This document shows, piece after piece, positions 1-8,661 of a stretch of DNA of 64,000 bases. Below the pieces are notes generated by a model. That model did no database searches and was not told the DNA's origin. It saw nothing but the letters and a program-made list of their open reading frames with translations. The translations under genes and the position numbers were made by a program. This DNA is from Bacteroidales bacterium UBA1219 (GTDB lineage Bacteria; Bacteroidota; Bacteroidia; Bacteroidales; P3), in contig DBXF01000013.1 of the NCBI GenBank assembly GCA_002309295.1, forward strand, positions 11,143-75,142, given 5' to 3'. Position 1 is the stretch's first letter. Each line of letters opens with the position of its first letter.

Positions 1-1
1 C

Positions 2-514
2 ACTGCCATACTCGACGGCAACGCCAACGAGATAATGGTGCTTAACGACTTTTTCGAAACCGACATCAACGACAATACTCGCGGATACATACGCTATCCA
101 CTCTACGACCTCGCCGAAGGCACACACACGCTTACGCTCAAAGCATGGAACGTGTACAACTACTCCGCTTCGGCTACAATATCCTTTGTGGTGAGAAAAG
201 GCAGTCCCGAGATAGGACGTTTCTTCGCCTACCCCAATCCCGCACGAGAAAAAACTACAATTCAGATAGAGCACAACAGTTCGTCGAAACCCACTGCCGC
301 TGAGGTTTACATTTTCGACGCCGCCGGGAGGATGGTGAAAAAGATAACACCGATCATAAGCGACGGTTCCTCTGTGGTTGGACATATCGAATGGGATTTC
401 CGCAACGAGTCGGGGAGCAAAGTCGCCAAGGGCGTTTATTACCTGCGTGCCATAGTAACCTTCGACAACGGCGAGCAGGACACCAAATCGACAAAACTGA
501 TTTATCACAGATAA
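2..514 (+). CDS. porU: C-terminal part of a T9SS-associated protein, probably sortase PorU (5' end outside window)
   Basis: The frame is open from the window edge. The protein ends in a T9SS type-A C-terminal sorting domain (YPNPAREKTTIQIEH...KGVYYLRAIV). It lies directly upstream of porV, the usual Bacteroidota arrangement. Confidence 0.55.
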   Translation, partial: TAILDGNANEIMVLNDFFETDINDNTRGYIRYPLYDLAEGTHTLTLKAWNVYNYSASATISFVVRKGSPEIGRFFAYPNPAREKTTIQIEHNSSSKPTAAEVYIFDAAGRMVKKITPIISDGSSVVGHIEWDFRNESGSKVAKGVYYLRAIVTFDNGEQDTKSTKLIYHR

Positions 515-583
515 AAAAATCACCTTTTAAACAATAAAACAACACAAACTGCGTTTTTTCCGTTGCATTAACTATTTAAACTA

Positions 584-1777
584 ATGAAAAGACATCAGAA
601 AATTCTGGCTCTTACAGCCACCGTTGCTATGATATTTAGTGCCAACGCCCAGAAAAAAGAGATAGGCGGACAAAACTACATATCCACAGCCATGCCAATA
701 ATAATGGTTTCGCCCGATGCCACATCCTCAGGCATGGGCGACGTGGGCGTGGCATCAAAACCCGATGCAAACTCCATGCATTGGAACAACGCCAAACTTG
801 CTTTTGTAGAGGACAAAGGCGGTTTCGCCATGACCTACACCCCATGGCTGCGCAAACTCGGCGTGGGCGACATGAATTTGCTTTACTTGGGCGGATACTA
901 CGCCGTGAACAACCGTAGCACCATAGGAGCTTCGGTAACTTACTATTCCGTTGGCGATGTTAATTTCACCAGCGAGGAAGGGCAAGACCTTGGCACATAC
1001 AATCCCAACGAGTTCAGCATCGACGTTGCATACGCCATGAGACTTACCGACGAAATTTCGCTTGGCGCATCGGGACGCTACCTGCGCTCCGACCTCACAC
1101 AAGGACAGGACGTGGGAACCACTTCCACACGTGCCGGCAACGCCATTGCCGCCGACATCGGAGTGTACTATCAGAACAAGCTCAGTGTCAGTCCTTCCAT
1201 GCCCGGCGAACTGGCTTTGGGATTATTCATCTCCAACCTCGGCTCCAAAATCTCCTACTCCGACGACGACAACGAGAAGGACTTCCTTCCTGCCAACCTG
1301 CGTCTGGGCGGACGCTATACGCTCAACGTTGACGAATACAACCAGTTCTCCTTCCTTATGGATTTGAACAAACTGCTTGTTCCCACGCCACCTGTATATG
1401 ACGAGGAAGGCAATATCATAGCAGGCAAGAACGACCGTGCCGAGGACATCAGCGTTATGCAGGGCGTATTCCAGTCGTTCTACGACGCTCCCAACGGCAT
1501 GAAAGAGGAGTTGCAGGAGATACAGCTTTCGGTAGGTGCCGAATATTGGTACAACCAACTTTTCGCAGTTAGGGCCGGTTATTTCTTCGAGCACAAGAAC
1601 AAAGGCGGACGCCAGTACATCACTTTCGGCGGCGGAATACGCTACAACATGTTCACTTTCGACCTGTCGTACCTACTGGCACTCTCAAGGACACAGAATC
1701 CACTGGCCAACACAGTACGCATTTCGTTGGGCATGAATTTCGGCAAACCAGAAAAGAGCAAACGAATCTCCGACTAA
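584..1777 (+). CDS. porV: T9SS outer-membrane channel/shuttle protein PorV (LptO)
   Basis: Has a signal peptide and a conserved PorV N-terminus (GQNYISTAMPIIMVSPDATSSGMGDVGVAS). It is of beta-barrel length (397 aa) and follows a porU-like gene. Confidence 0.85.
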   Translation: MKRHQKILALTATVAMIFSANAQKKEIGGQNYISTAMPIIMVSPDATSSGMGDVGVASKPDANSMHWNNAKLAFVEDKGGFAMTYTPWLRKLGVGDMNLLYLGGYYAVNNRSTIGASVTYYSVGDVNFTSEEGQDLGTYNPNEFSIDVAYAMRLTDEISLGASGRYLRSDLTQGQDVGTTSTRAGNAIAADIGVYYQNKLSVSPSMPGELALGLFISNLGSKISYSDDDNEKDFLPANLRLGGRYTLNVDEYNQFSFLMDLNKLLVPTPPVYDEEGNIIAGKNDRAEDISVMQGVFQSFYDAPNGMKEELQEIQLSVGAEYWYNQLFAVRAGYFFEHKNKGGRQYITFGGGIRYNMFTFDLSYLLALSRTQNPLANTVRISLGMNFGKPEKSKRISD

Positions 1778-1793
1778 CAACCTAAACGACATA

Positions 1794-1829
1794 AAAAAAC
1801 GCAGGAGCTCACGAGTCCCTGCGTTTTTT
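1794..1829. terminator. Bidirectional intrinsic terminator between porV and the convergent YiiX-like gene
   Basis: Perfect 12-bp stem AAAAAACGCAGG / CCTGCGTTTTTT. An A-run on one side and a T-run on the other let it work on both strands. Confidence 0.7.
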
Positions 1830-1847
1830 CTTTTATCGTGTGCCTTT

Positions 1848-2492
1848 TTATTCGGCTATGTGGTGGTTGATGATGCGTTGGAAATGCGTGGTGTCGAAGA
1901 AAGGCGAAAATTTCACCACTTCGGTTTTCGACTTGTCGGGGTAGATGTCGTAGTTGAAAGTCTCTTTAAGGGCGCACCAGACCATTTCGGAGCAGTACAT
2001 CTCTTCCTGCTCTGATATGTCGAAACCTTCGTCGAAAGGCACCTTTTGGTCGAGGTATTTTTGTGCTGTCTTGGCAAGATTGGCAAGAGGCACGTCGGCG
2101 GTGTCGCGGAAACGCACCACCATAATGCTGTTGGCCTTGCTTTCGTGCTCAAACTCCTTGATAGTGCAGTCCTGCAAGCCGTCGAAATCGGAGAGGCTGC
2201 TCGACACGGAATGTATCACACGCACGTTGCCGTTGCTGTCGACATCGACTATGCCACAATGCGAAACAGAGAATTCTCCGTTGAGGCTTGTGGCGATAGA
2301 GGCGCTCACAACGCCGAAACCACGCCTAAGGATAATGTCGCCCGTACGCAACTCCGCTATCTCCTTTTTCGAAAGACGATCATGATATACTCGCTGTTTT
2401 TCATCGTTATGGTCGTAAATCAATGCAAAAACTGCCACTCCGGCAACCAAAGTTACTATCACAATAGCTATGATAATCAGTACTTTTTTCAT
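1848..2492 (-). CDS. YiiX/YaeF-type permuted papain-like (NlpC/P60 superfamily, DUF830) enzyme, membrane anchored
   Basis: N-terminal TM helix. The His precedes the Cys (SHCGIV ... MYCSEMVW), as in permuted papain-fold C92 proteins. Confidence 0.6.
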   Translation of the reverse strand: MKKVLIIIAIVIVTLVAGVAVFALIYDHNDEKQRVYHDRLSKKEIAELRTGDIILRRGFGVVSASIATSLNGEFSVSHCGIVDVDSNGNVRVIHSVSSSLSDFDGLQDCTIKEFEHESKANSIMVVRFRDTADVPLANLAKTAQKYLDQKVPFDEGFDISEQEEMYCSEMVWCALKETFNYDIYPDKSKTEVVKFSPFFDTTHFQRIINHHIAE

Positions 2493-2507
2493 TTCAGAAG
2501 ATTTTTC

Positions 2508-4055
2508 TCACGAGAGATGTTCCTTGCGAAGAAGGTCGTTCACTGTTTTAACAGGATTGAAAGTTATCAGGGGCACTTCCACAAAGATGGTAGTCCAATA
2601 GGCCATGGATCCGTTCCACAATCCCGGCAGTTCCTGCGATTTCAGAGTCCTGGCGCCTTGCGACTTGTTGGTGATGAAACCCGTTTTGGGGTCGCGGTAT
2701 TTGAGCAGGTCGAAAGGCCGGCCTTTGTAGTCGCGCATGCCGCACACCAAATCCACCGGGTTAAAATGCGTGGACGATTGTAGTATGGCCTCCTGCGAGG
2801 GATCCTTGCGGTTAATCTGGTTTGTCTCGACAATCTGCAAGCTGATGTTGCCATCGGAGCCTTCAACCCAAAATGGGCCACCTCCCGGCTCGCCTTGGTT
2901 GAGCACCATACCGCACACACGCATCGGACGGTTGAGTTTATCATGAAGCATGGCTGTTTTGTCGGCAGCGGAGAGGGTGGCAAAATTGTCGGGAATCATT
3001 ATATTCAGAGTGTGTGCCGCGAAGTCGGCAATCTCCGAGAGGGTTGCGGCGTCAGGGGCGTTGTCCAGGCGGTTGAGGTAGTCGAAAGTCTTTTCCTGCA
3101 AAGACAGCAACACGCCACCGAGAATCTTTTTCCACAACACCGGTTCGGGGTCGGGCGATTTTACGAAAGGATTGTCGGGAGTGACGTTGTCGATATTCTT
3201 AATGAACACCACATCGGCGGTGCATTCGTTGAGGTTTTCGAGCAGTGCGCCGTGTCCGCCGGGACGGAAAATCAGACGGCCGTCGTCGTCGCGGAGAGGG
3301 TTGTTGTACTCGTCCACGGCAATGGTGTCGGTGTAGTGTTTCTGTTCGGAGAGTGTTACGTCGAAAGTAACGTCCTTATAAATGGGTTTCAGGCGTTCGA
3401 TAGTGGTTTCGAAATCGGATCTGTGCTCCGGCGAAACGGTGAAATGCAAAGCCACATGGCCGTTGTTTTCGGCATAGCGCACGCCTTCGGTGAAATGTTC
3501 GATTATAGCTGGGTAAGGTTTCCCGTCATATTTATGGAAAAGAAGCAGAGCCTTAGGCTGTGTGCCATAGCCCATGAAATTCTTGCCCAGCAGATAGTTG
3601 ATTATTGTGGCGTAGTCGTGGCGGTTGAGATAGTCGTCGATGTCGAGGCCGCTGTTTTTCATGGCTTCCGCCAAATCGTTGTAGAAGGCGAATTTTGGAA
3701 GATTGTCGATAAAAGTCTTGACTGCAGGGTATTCCTTTTCGAAATTGTAGCACACGCCGAAATATACCGACGAGAATTCGGCCAAATCCTTGAACATACG
3801 CGATGCGGCTCCGGAGGCGGGCACGAACTTAAGCACCGACAAGTTGCTACGTTTCTCGTCGTAGAAAGAGGCGAGACGCTGTTTGTCGGAATCCTTCACA
3901 CGCAAAATGCCGCCGTTGTCCACGGTGGCTGCTGCGTAGAGATGTATGGGAGGGAATTTCTTACGGAAATTTTCGAACTGAATCTCCAAGGCATCCATTG
4001 AAATGCCTAATGCCGACATCTGTTCAATGTCGGCTGACGAAAATGCATTGGCCAT
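2508..4055 (-). CDS. DUF4301 family protein (nucleotidyltransferase-like, uncharacterised)
   Basis: 515 aa. The N-terminus (SADIEQMSALGISMDALEIQFENFRKKFPPIHL) and length match my recollection of Bacteroidota DUF4301 proteins. Confidence 0.6.
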   Translation of the reverse strand: MANAFSSADIEQMSALGISMDALEIQFENFRKKFPPIHLYAAATVDNGGILRVKDSDKQRLASFYDEKRSNLSVLKFVPASGAASRMFKDLAEFSSVYFGVCYNFEKEYPAVKTFIDNLPKFAFYNDLAEAMKNSGLDIDDYLNRHDYATIINYLLGKNFMGYGTQPKALLLFHKYDGKPYPAIIEHFTEGVRYAENNGHVALHFTVSPEHRSDFETTIERLKPIYKDVTFDVTLSEQKHYTDTIAVDEYNNPLRDDDGRLIFRPGGHGALLENLNECTADVVFIKNIDNVTPDNPFVKSPDPEPVLWKKILGGVLLSLQEKTFDYLNRLDNAPDAATLSEIADFAAHTLNIMIPDNFATLSAADKTAMLHDKLNRPMRVCGMVLNQGEPGGGPFWVEGSDGNISLQIVETNQINRKDPSQEAILQSSTHFNPVDLVCGMRDYKGRPFDLLKYRDPKTGFITNKSQGARTLKSQELPGLWNGSMAYWTTIFVEVPLITFNPVKTVNDLLRKEHLS

Positions 4056-4066
4056 AGGCTATAGGA

Positions 4067-4462
4067 TTAGTAGTGACGCAACATCTCTTTCAGTACGATA
4101 ACTCTGCATTCAACGGTTTCGCCGTCGACCAGACGTACCGAGTTTTTGCCTTGACGATAGAACCTCTCACCAGTGGTGGGGTCGGACATGCCGGTTTCGT
4201 AAGTAGCAATCACGTCGAAGATAGCGGGAGCCTTGAAGGTGGCTTTGAAATGGCCGTTGGCATCGGTAACGCCTTCCACGTTCACCTCGCTATTGTCCTT
4301 GGCAATTTTCACGCCAACACCCTGAAAAGGCTGGTTGGTTTCTTCGTCGATAACGACTACCATAACCGTGCTGTCGGTCTCTTTGTCGCAAGACGTAAAC
4401 ATCACTGCTGCGAAAGCACTAATAACCAGTGCACTAAGTGTGATCAATAAACTTTTTTTCAT
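4067..4462 (-). CDS. Small lipoprotein with carboxypeptidase-regulatory-like beta-sandwich
   Basis: Signal peptide with lipobox (FTSC). Body shows a GVxVK...TDANGHF pattern. Confidence 0.5.
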   Translation of the reverse strand: MKKSLLITLSALVISAFAAVMFTSCDKETDSTVMVVVIDEETNQPFQGVGVKIAKDNSEVNVEGVTDANGHFKATFKAPAIFDVIATYETGMSDPTTGERFYRQGKNSVRLVDGETVECRVIVLKEMLRHY

Positions 4463-4503
4463 AAAAAATTACTTTTTATCTTCCGTAAATCGAAATTTTA
4501 GTT

Positions 4504-4511
4504 TACCTTTG
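4504..4511 (+). promoter_or_regulatory. Bacteroidota -7 promoter box TACCTTTG for the PPIase gene
   Basis: Matches TAnnTTTG, followed by CA. Lies 24 nt upstream of the ATG at 4535. Confidence 0.5.
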
Positions 4512-4534
4512 CAAAGATAATAAATTTATACGAC

Positions 4535-5224
4535 ATGGACAAAAAAATAGTTATTTTTGCAACATTATTTTTATTCCTGACGGTTGGAATTTTTGCACAA
4601 AAACCTGATAACAAAGGTGTTACAACCAACAAAAAAAGTTATGTCTTATTGCAGACCGACTACGGAAATATGAAGATTTTGCTGTACGAAGACACCCCTT
4701 TGCACCGCGAAAACTTCATAAAATTGGTAAAATCGGGTTTTTATGACGGACTTTTGTTCCATCGGGTGATAAACGGTTTTATGATTCAGGGCGGCGACCC
4801 CGATTCGCGCAACGCTCAGCCGGGTGTGATGCTTGGCAACGGCGGTCCTGGATACACCATCCCGGCGGAATTCGTACCAAAATATTTACATAAAAAAGGC
4901 GTCATTGCCGCCGCACGCGAAGGCGACAACGTGAACCCGATGAAAGAGTCGTCGGGCTCTCAGTTTTACATAGTTCAGGGCAAGGTTTACAACGAGGCCA
5001 TAATGCAAAAAATAGCCGCCCAGATGAACAAAAACTTTTCCGAAGAACAGATAAAAGCCTACGGCACCATAGGCGGCTCGCCGTGGCTAGACAACGACTA
5101 CACCGTCTTTGGCGAAGTTGTTGAGGGACTTGACGTTATCGACAAAATCGCCGCAGTGAAATGCGGTCCCAACGACCGTCCCGTGGAAGACGTAAAAATG
5201 ACCATAAAAATTATCGAAGAATAA
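4535..5224 (+). CDS. Cyclophilin-type peptidyl-prolyl cis-trans isomerase, secreted
   Basis: Signal peptide plus cyclophilin core FHRVINGFMIQGGDP...GSQFYI. Confidence 0.9.
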   Translation: MDKKIVIFATLFLFLTVGIFAQKPDNKGVTTNKKSYVLLQTDYGNMKILLYEDTPLHRENFIKLVKSGFYDGLLFHRVINGFMIQGGDPDSRNAQPGVMLGNGGPGYTIPAEFVPKYLHKKGVIAAAREGDNVNPMKESSGSQFYIVQGKVYNEAIMQKIAAQMNKNFSEEQIKAYGTIGGSPWLDNDYTVFGEVVEGLDVIDKIAAVKCGPNDRPVEDVKMTIKIIEE

Positions 5225-5245
5225 CATTTACAACTATATACAACG

Positions 5246-6289
5246 ATGAAAAACAAGATACAGAACTACATTGACGAAATTCAGTCGCTGAAAAGCGAAG
5301 CATTGCAGAACAAAATTGCCGACATAGAGCAATTCCGCATAAAATACCTCGGCAAGAAAGGCATCATCAGCGAGCTTTTCGGCCAGTTCAAGGACGTGCC
5401 CAACGACCAGAAGAAAGAGATCGGCCAGATGCTCAACCAGCTGAAGACCGCAGCCCAGAACAAAATCGAGGAACTCAAGGACGCCCTCGGTGACACCCCT
5501 GCCGAAAACACCGGCGACACCGACCTTACCAAACCCACCGACTTTGCGGAGCTGGGCAGCCGCCATGTGCTTTCGGTGGTGCAGAACGAGATTATCGAAA
5601 TCTTCTCGCGCATCGGCTTCACCGTGTCGGAGGCTCCCGAAATTGAGGACGACTGGCACGTGTTCTCGGCACTGAATTTCCCGCCCGAGCACCCCGCCCG
5701 CGACATGCAGGACACTTTCTTTGTGGAGAAGGAAGGCCAGCACGGCGACGTGGTTCTGCGGACACACACCTCGTCGGTGCAGGTGCGTGAGATGGAACGC
5801 AGCAAGCCTCCCATCCGCATAATAGCTCCGGGTCGCGTGTTCCGCAACGAGGCCATCTCGGCACGCGCACACTGCATATTCCATCAGGTGGAAGGTCTTT
5901 ACATCGACAAAAAAGTCTCCTTCGCCGACCTGAAACAGACATTGTTGTATTTCTCCAAAGAGATGTTCGGTGCCGACACCCAGATACGTCTGCGTCCGTC
6001 GTATTTCCCCTTCACCGAGCCCTCGGCAGAGATGGACATCTCGTGCAACATCTGCGGCGGCAAGGGCTGCAACATCTGTAAGCACACCGGATGGCTGGAA
6101 ATCCTCGGCTGCGGCATGGTGGACCCCAACGTGCTGGAAGCCAGCGGCATCGACAGCAAAGTATATTCCGGATTCGCTTTCGGAATGGGTGTGGAACGTA
6201 TGGCAATGCTGAAATACCAAATCCGCGACCTGCGTCTCTATTTCGAGAACGACCTGCGTTTCCTCAAACAATTCGACACCCTTATATAA
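5246..6289 (+). CDS. pheS: Phenylalanine--tRNA ligase alpha subunit
   Basis: Class II aaRS motifs (FRNEAISARAH, FPFTEPSAEMD, GFAFGMGVERMAM). Typical length of 347 aa. Confidence 0.95.
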   Translation: MKNKIQNYIDEIQSLKSEALQNKIADIEQFRIKYLGKKGIISELFGQFKDVPNDQKKEIGQMLNQLKTAAQNKIEELKDALGDTPAENTGDTDLTKPTDFAELGSRHVLSVVQNEIIEIFSRIGFTVSEAPEIEDDWHVFSALNFPPEHPARDMQDTFFVEKEGQHGDVVLRTHTSSVQVREMERSKPPIRIIAPGRVFRNEAISARAHCIFHQVEGLYIDKKVSFADLKQTLLYFSKEMFGADTQIRLRPSYFPFTEPSAEMDISCNICGGKGCNICKHTGWLEILGCGMVDPNVLEASGIDSKVYSGFAFGMGVERMAMLKYQIRDLRLYFENDLRFLKQFDTLI

Positions 6290-6290
6290 T

Positions 6291-6650
6291 ATGGCGACCA
6301 TCGGACTGGAAGACCTGCGTTTCTACGCTTTCCACGGCTGTTTCGAGGAGGAACGCGCCATAGGTACGCATTTCCGTGTTGACGTGTGGCTGGAAGTGGA
6401 CACCAACTCGGCACAGCAGAGCGACAACCTCGACGACACAGTGAGCTATCTTTCTGTTTACCAAACCATCAAAAAAGAGATGGAAACACCGTCGAAACTG
6501 CTTGAAAATGTGTCCGAAAGAATCGGAAAAGCGGTGCTTGACCTCTACCCTACCGTTACGAGCGTGAGAGTGAAAGTTTCGAAACTGAACCCTCCGCTGG
6601 GCGGACAGGTGGGAGCGGCAAGCGTGTGTTTGGAGAAAAGTCGCAACTAA
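6291..6650 (+). CDS. folB: Dihydroneopterin aldolase
   Basis: 119 aa with FolB-like LRFYAFHGCFEEERAIGTHFRVDV. The start is 1 nt after the pheS stop. Confidence 0.8.
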   Translation: MATIGLEDLRFYAFHGCFEEERAIGTHFRVDVWLEVDTNSAQQSDNLDDTVSYLSVYQTIKKEMETPSKLLENVSERIGKAVLDLYPTVTSVRVKVSKLNPPLGGQVGAASVCLEKSRN

Positions 6651-7927
6651 GCGTTGGCAATCAACACCTTATAACCTATCTGACACGAGAGACAGCGTTT
6701 CTTTCGGCAATACTCATTATATAATTGTATCAGAGCCTGCGAATGAAGGGCGTTTTCGGGATTGAGCCCCGCCGCACTCCATTTCTTTATTATTGCGTTG
6801 TTCTCGCAAGGAAGGCTGGCGAGAATCTGTAAAGCGTTGTCCTTGTATTTTTGTTGCTGATATTCAATGCCGTAGAGCATGAGCGTTGGCACCCACGCAT
6901 TGATGACAATCGACTCGGCGAAATCCGTTCCCAAGGCTTTCGACTTGCTTTTCACCGGCTTGTCGAAATGGTAGTGCGTCTGCCAATATTCCGAAGCCGA
7001 GACATCGAAAAAGGAAAGCAGGGTATCGACATCGGTGGTTTCCAACAGTTTGGAGAACAATCCGTTAGACTTGAATATAAAATCGGCGAACTGACTTATG
7101 CGGATTGTGGGGAACCCCAAAGGACGCACACGGAAGAATTTCCACAGATAACCTTCTATAGGACTGAGGTTGTACACTTTACGCTGATATTCGTACTCCT
7201 TTTTCAGGGCGTTGGGGTAGTCGTCGGAGAAATCCCCGTCGAGCATGCCCGCCTGTCCGAAAAGCAACGCTTCGATGCGGAAGGCCGACTGTTTTATCTT
7301 GGCAAACACCCGCATATCGATGGATTTGGCGAGGAGCTCGAACGGCATTGCGTTGACCTTGCCGCCGAAAAAGCGTGCCACAGCCCAATAGCAGCAGGTC
7401 TCCCACGAATTGCCCGACTCGGTGAGCAGGCGTTTCACCACCTCCGACTTCTGTTCCAGTCGTTCCACGGCGAGGCGTTCGAGGTAGGATTTTATGGTGA
7501 AGTCGGGAATCTGCGAAAGCACGTTTGAACAAGGGATGGTGTCGTCGACCGAGGGACGTTGCAGGGAGCAGTAGTTCTCCCAAACTCCGGGGCGAAGCTG
7601 GTTTTTCAGTTCCAACGTGGCCGGACGGCGGCCGTTTTCGAGCACCACCTCGGCATCGTTTTCGTACACCACGTGCAGGATGACGTTGTTGTAACGCTTG
7701 TCGGCCGAATGTCCGTGCTGGTTCCAGTCGGAGGAACGCAGATGAATCTCCACATTGCCCGCCCATTCGGTGTCGCCAATCATCAGTTTGCTGTTGAAGA
7801 AATCGGGACCGGCATCGTTGTTCACCTCGCCAACGGACATTACAACAATCTTCTGATTGTCTACGGTATAAATCTCGTTGGCAAGCAGTCGGTGTTTCCA
7901 GCAATAATGAAGAAAGGCTTCGGTCAT
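6647..7927 (-). CDS. DUF2851 family protein (uncharacterised)
   Basis: 426 aa. N-terminus FLHYCWKHRLL and the block VEIHLRSSDWNQHGH are typical of this Bacteroidota family as I recall it. Confidence 0.6.
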   Translation of the reverse strand: MTEAFLHYCWKHRLLANEIYTVDNQKIVVMSVGEVNNDAGPDFFNSKLMIGDTEWAGNVEIHLRSSDWNQHGHSADKRYNNVILHVVYENDAEVVLENGRRPATLELKNQLRPGVWENYCSLQRPSVDDTIPCSNVLSQIPDFTIKSYLERLAVERLEQKSEVVKRLLTESGNSWETCCYWAVARFFGGKVNAMPFELLAKSIDMRVFAKIKQSAFRIEALLFGQAGMLDGDFSDDYPNALKKEYEYQRKVYNLSPIEGYLWKFFRVRPLGFPTIRISQFADFIFKSNGLFSKLLETTDVDTLLSFFDVSASEYWQTHYHFDKPVKSKSKALGTDFAESIVINAWVPTLMLYGIEYQQQKYKDNALQILASLPCENNAIIKKWSAAGLNPENALHSQALIQLYNEYCRKKRCLSCQIGYKVLIANA

Positions 7928-7930
7928 AGG

Positions 7931-8659
7931 TCAGTCGTTTTCCACACCGTAGCCGAAGAGTGCGAAATCGCCGAGACAGGGGTCGCCGGGGAAGACTTCG
8001 GAGAGGCTGCGGGTGATGGTTTTTGCGGTGTTCAAAGAGTATGTCTGCGAAGGCACAAGGCCGAGTTTTGCGGCCATCTGCGCCACATGAGTGTCGAGAG
8101 GTATTATCAGTTCCGAAGGCGAGAAAGTACGCCAAGCGCCGAAATCCACTATGCCGTCGGTGCGAATCATCCAACGGAGGAACATGTTGAGTTTTTTCTG
8201 CGGACTTTTGTCGGTAACGCCCAACAGACGGCACAATTTATGAAAAGGCACGTTATCGTTGAAGGACTGCGACACACCATTAACGGCATGTTCTAGCGTA
8301 TCGAAAACGGTGTAGAATAGGTACAACCGCGTAAAAAGTTCGTTCATTGCCTGATGGCTTACAGTGCGATAGAAAGAGGTGGTGTCGTTGGCTGGAAAGT
8401 CCTTCTCCCAAAGTTTTGAAAGCAAGTATTGCCGAGGTTGGTGGTTCATCATATCGTCCAAAAGAAGTGCGGTTTTCACAATCTGCTTGCGGTTGCCAAA
8501 ACTGAGGTACGCAGTAAGCAACGCACTTATTTCCAAGTCCTGAAGCGAAGCGTCGCGGTAGCGGTTGGGCACTTGTATCGGGTCGTTGGCAAGAAAAAGA
8601 TCGCGGTTGTTGTAGTGTTCCGCCCACGAGCGGAGCTGTTGTGCAAGTTGTTCGGTCAT
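7931..8659 (-). CDS. TIGR02757/DUF2400 family protein (uncharacterised, HhH-glycosylase-like)
   Basis: 242 aa. Family assignment is from memory of Bacteroidota homologues. It is tightly packed between the giant T9SS protein gene and the DUF2851 gene. Confidence 0.5.
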   Translation of the reverse strand: MTEQLAQQLRSWAEHYNNRDLFLANDPIQVPNRYRDASLQDLEISALLTAYLSFGNRKQIVKTALLLDDMMNHQPRQYLLSKLWEKDFPANDTTSFYRTVSHQAMNELFTRLYLFYTVFDTLEHAVNGVSQSFNDNVPFHKLCRLLGVTDKSPQKKLNMFLRWMIRTDGIVDFGAWRTFSPSELIIPLDTHVAQMAAKLGLVPSQTYSLNTAKTITRSLSEVFPGDPCLGDFALFGYGVEND

Positions 8660-8661
8660 AA

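Noticed and set aside
5234-6301. 355-aa ORF exactly antisense to pheS (and many similar ORFs antisense to other genes)
   Set aside because: It mirrors the pheS reading frame. It has a low-complexity Val/Gly/His/Ala-rich composition, no start context and no promoter. This is the typical shadow ORF produced by GC-rich third positions. A Rodin-Ohno-style sense/antisense synthetase idea is not supported by anything in the sequence.
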